DNA of 64,000 nucleotides from Pavona decussata (Eukaryota): NCBI GenBank assembly GCA_977016875.1, contig CDRNST010000038.1, positions 3,968,001 to 4,032,000 of the forward strand, read 5' to 3'. Shown piece by piece: positions 63,301 to 64,000 of this stretch (position 1 is its first letter; each line of letters starts with the position of its first letter). The notes under the pieces were generated by a model. It saw only the letters and a program-made list of their open reading frames with translations, ran no database searches and was not told where the DNA came from. The position numbers and the translations under genes were made by a program.

Positions 63301-64000
63301 AACAAACTTAAAGTTTCTATTTTACTAACCCAATGATATAGAATTTTGAAGATTTTTGGTAGATCACATCGGGCAATTTCTTTTCGAATTTCTCTTCAAA
63401 AAGAGAGATTCAAAACTGAAGAATTCATTTGGAAAATTAAGCGTCCAGTTTCGAAGGCCATCGACAAGGCTTGAGACAAAATGATATTAAATTTGGATAG
63501 ATAATCAGGCAATTTCATTTCAAGACGGAGAGAGAACCAAAACTGAAGAATTTGTTTTGAATTTTAAGCTTCCATTTACTTTTTAATTCAGCAAAAAGGT
63601 TAAGCACATCAACAACGTTTCCGTTTCACCGACCAAATAATCTATAGTTTTAAAGACTTCTGTGAACAATCAGGCAATTTTATATTGACCTCCGAAAACA
63701 AAAATTTCTTTTGGATGTTTTAAATTCCATCAAATTATGTTATAGTTAAGAAAGAAAACGCAATTTCTAGTGTCATCTCTAGATATCCTTTTTTCAGTGC
63801 TTCTGGCGTAGCCTAGAAGTATGTTTTAGATTTCATTAAAAAAAAAAGAAACGTTTCAGTTTTTGATCGAGCGATGCTATTTACCAGCGTTATTATTATT
63901 ATTTTTTTATTTTTATTATTATTTTTTTTTTTTCATTTTCCATTTATACAACTTGCAGCTCCACCTTGGTAACAGCATATAACTAAAAAATAACTTAACC

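Overview
Eukaryotic, AT-rich, repeat-dense genomic DNA with spliced genes, most likely a marine invertebrate (stony coral or other cnidarian by inference from repeat style), with two assembly gaps (11730-11887, 19603-19797). (1) 41-17881 (+): the last 8 coding exons of a divergent membrane-anchored furin/kexin-family proprotein convertase (S8B catalytic C-half, P-domain with RRGD, S/T linker, TM, short tail). (2) Two tandemly duplicated 6-exon genes (25183-33320 and 38547-44032, +), reconstructed by hand. Each encodes a 243-aa secreted precursor: signal peptide, BRICHOS domain, RQKR convertase site, and a 70-aa cationic 8-Cys mature peptide. The BRICHOS pro-regions are ~96% identical, while the mature peptides are ~61% identical with almost only replacement changes. 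This is a candidate novel, rapidly diversifying BRICHOS-chaperoned defence peptide or toxin family lying next to a convertase that might process it. (3) An intronless kinase pseudogene and many nested mobile elements: LINE and Penelope fragments, MITEs, MULE-, Zator/Harbinger- and Helentron-like elements, 6-bp-TSD elements, and a set of asymmetric-IR + long-hairpin elements whose tips all carry a C-GNA-G mini-hairpin. 52-64 kb is degenerate repeat-rich DNA with no gene I can support.
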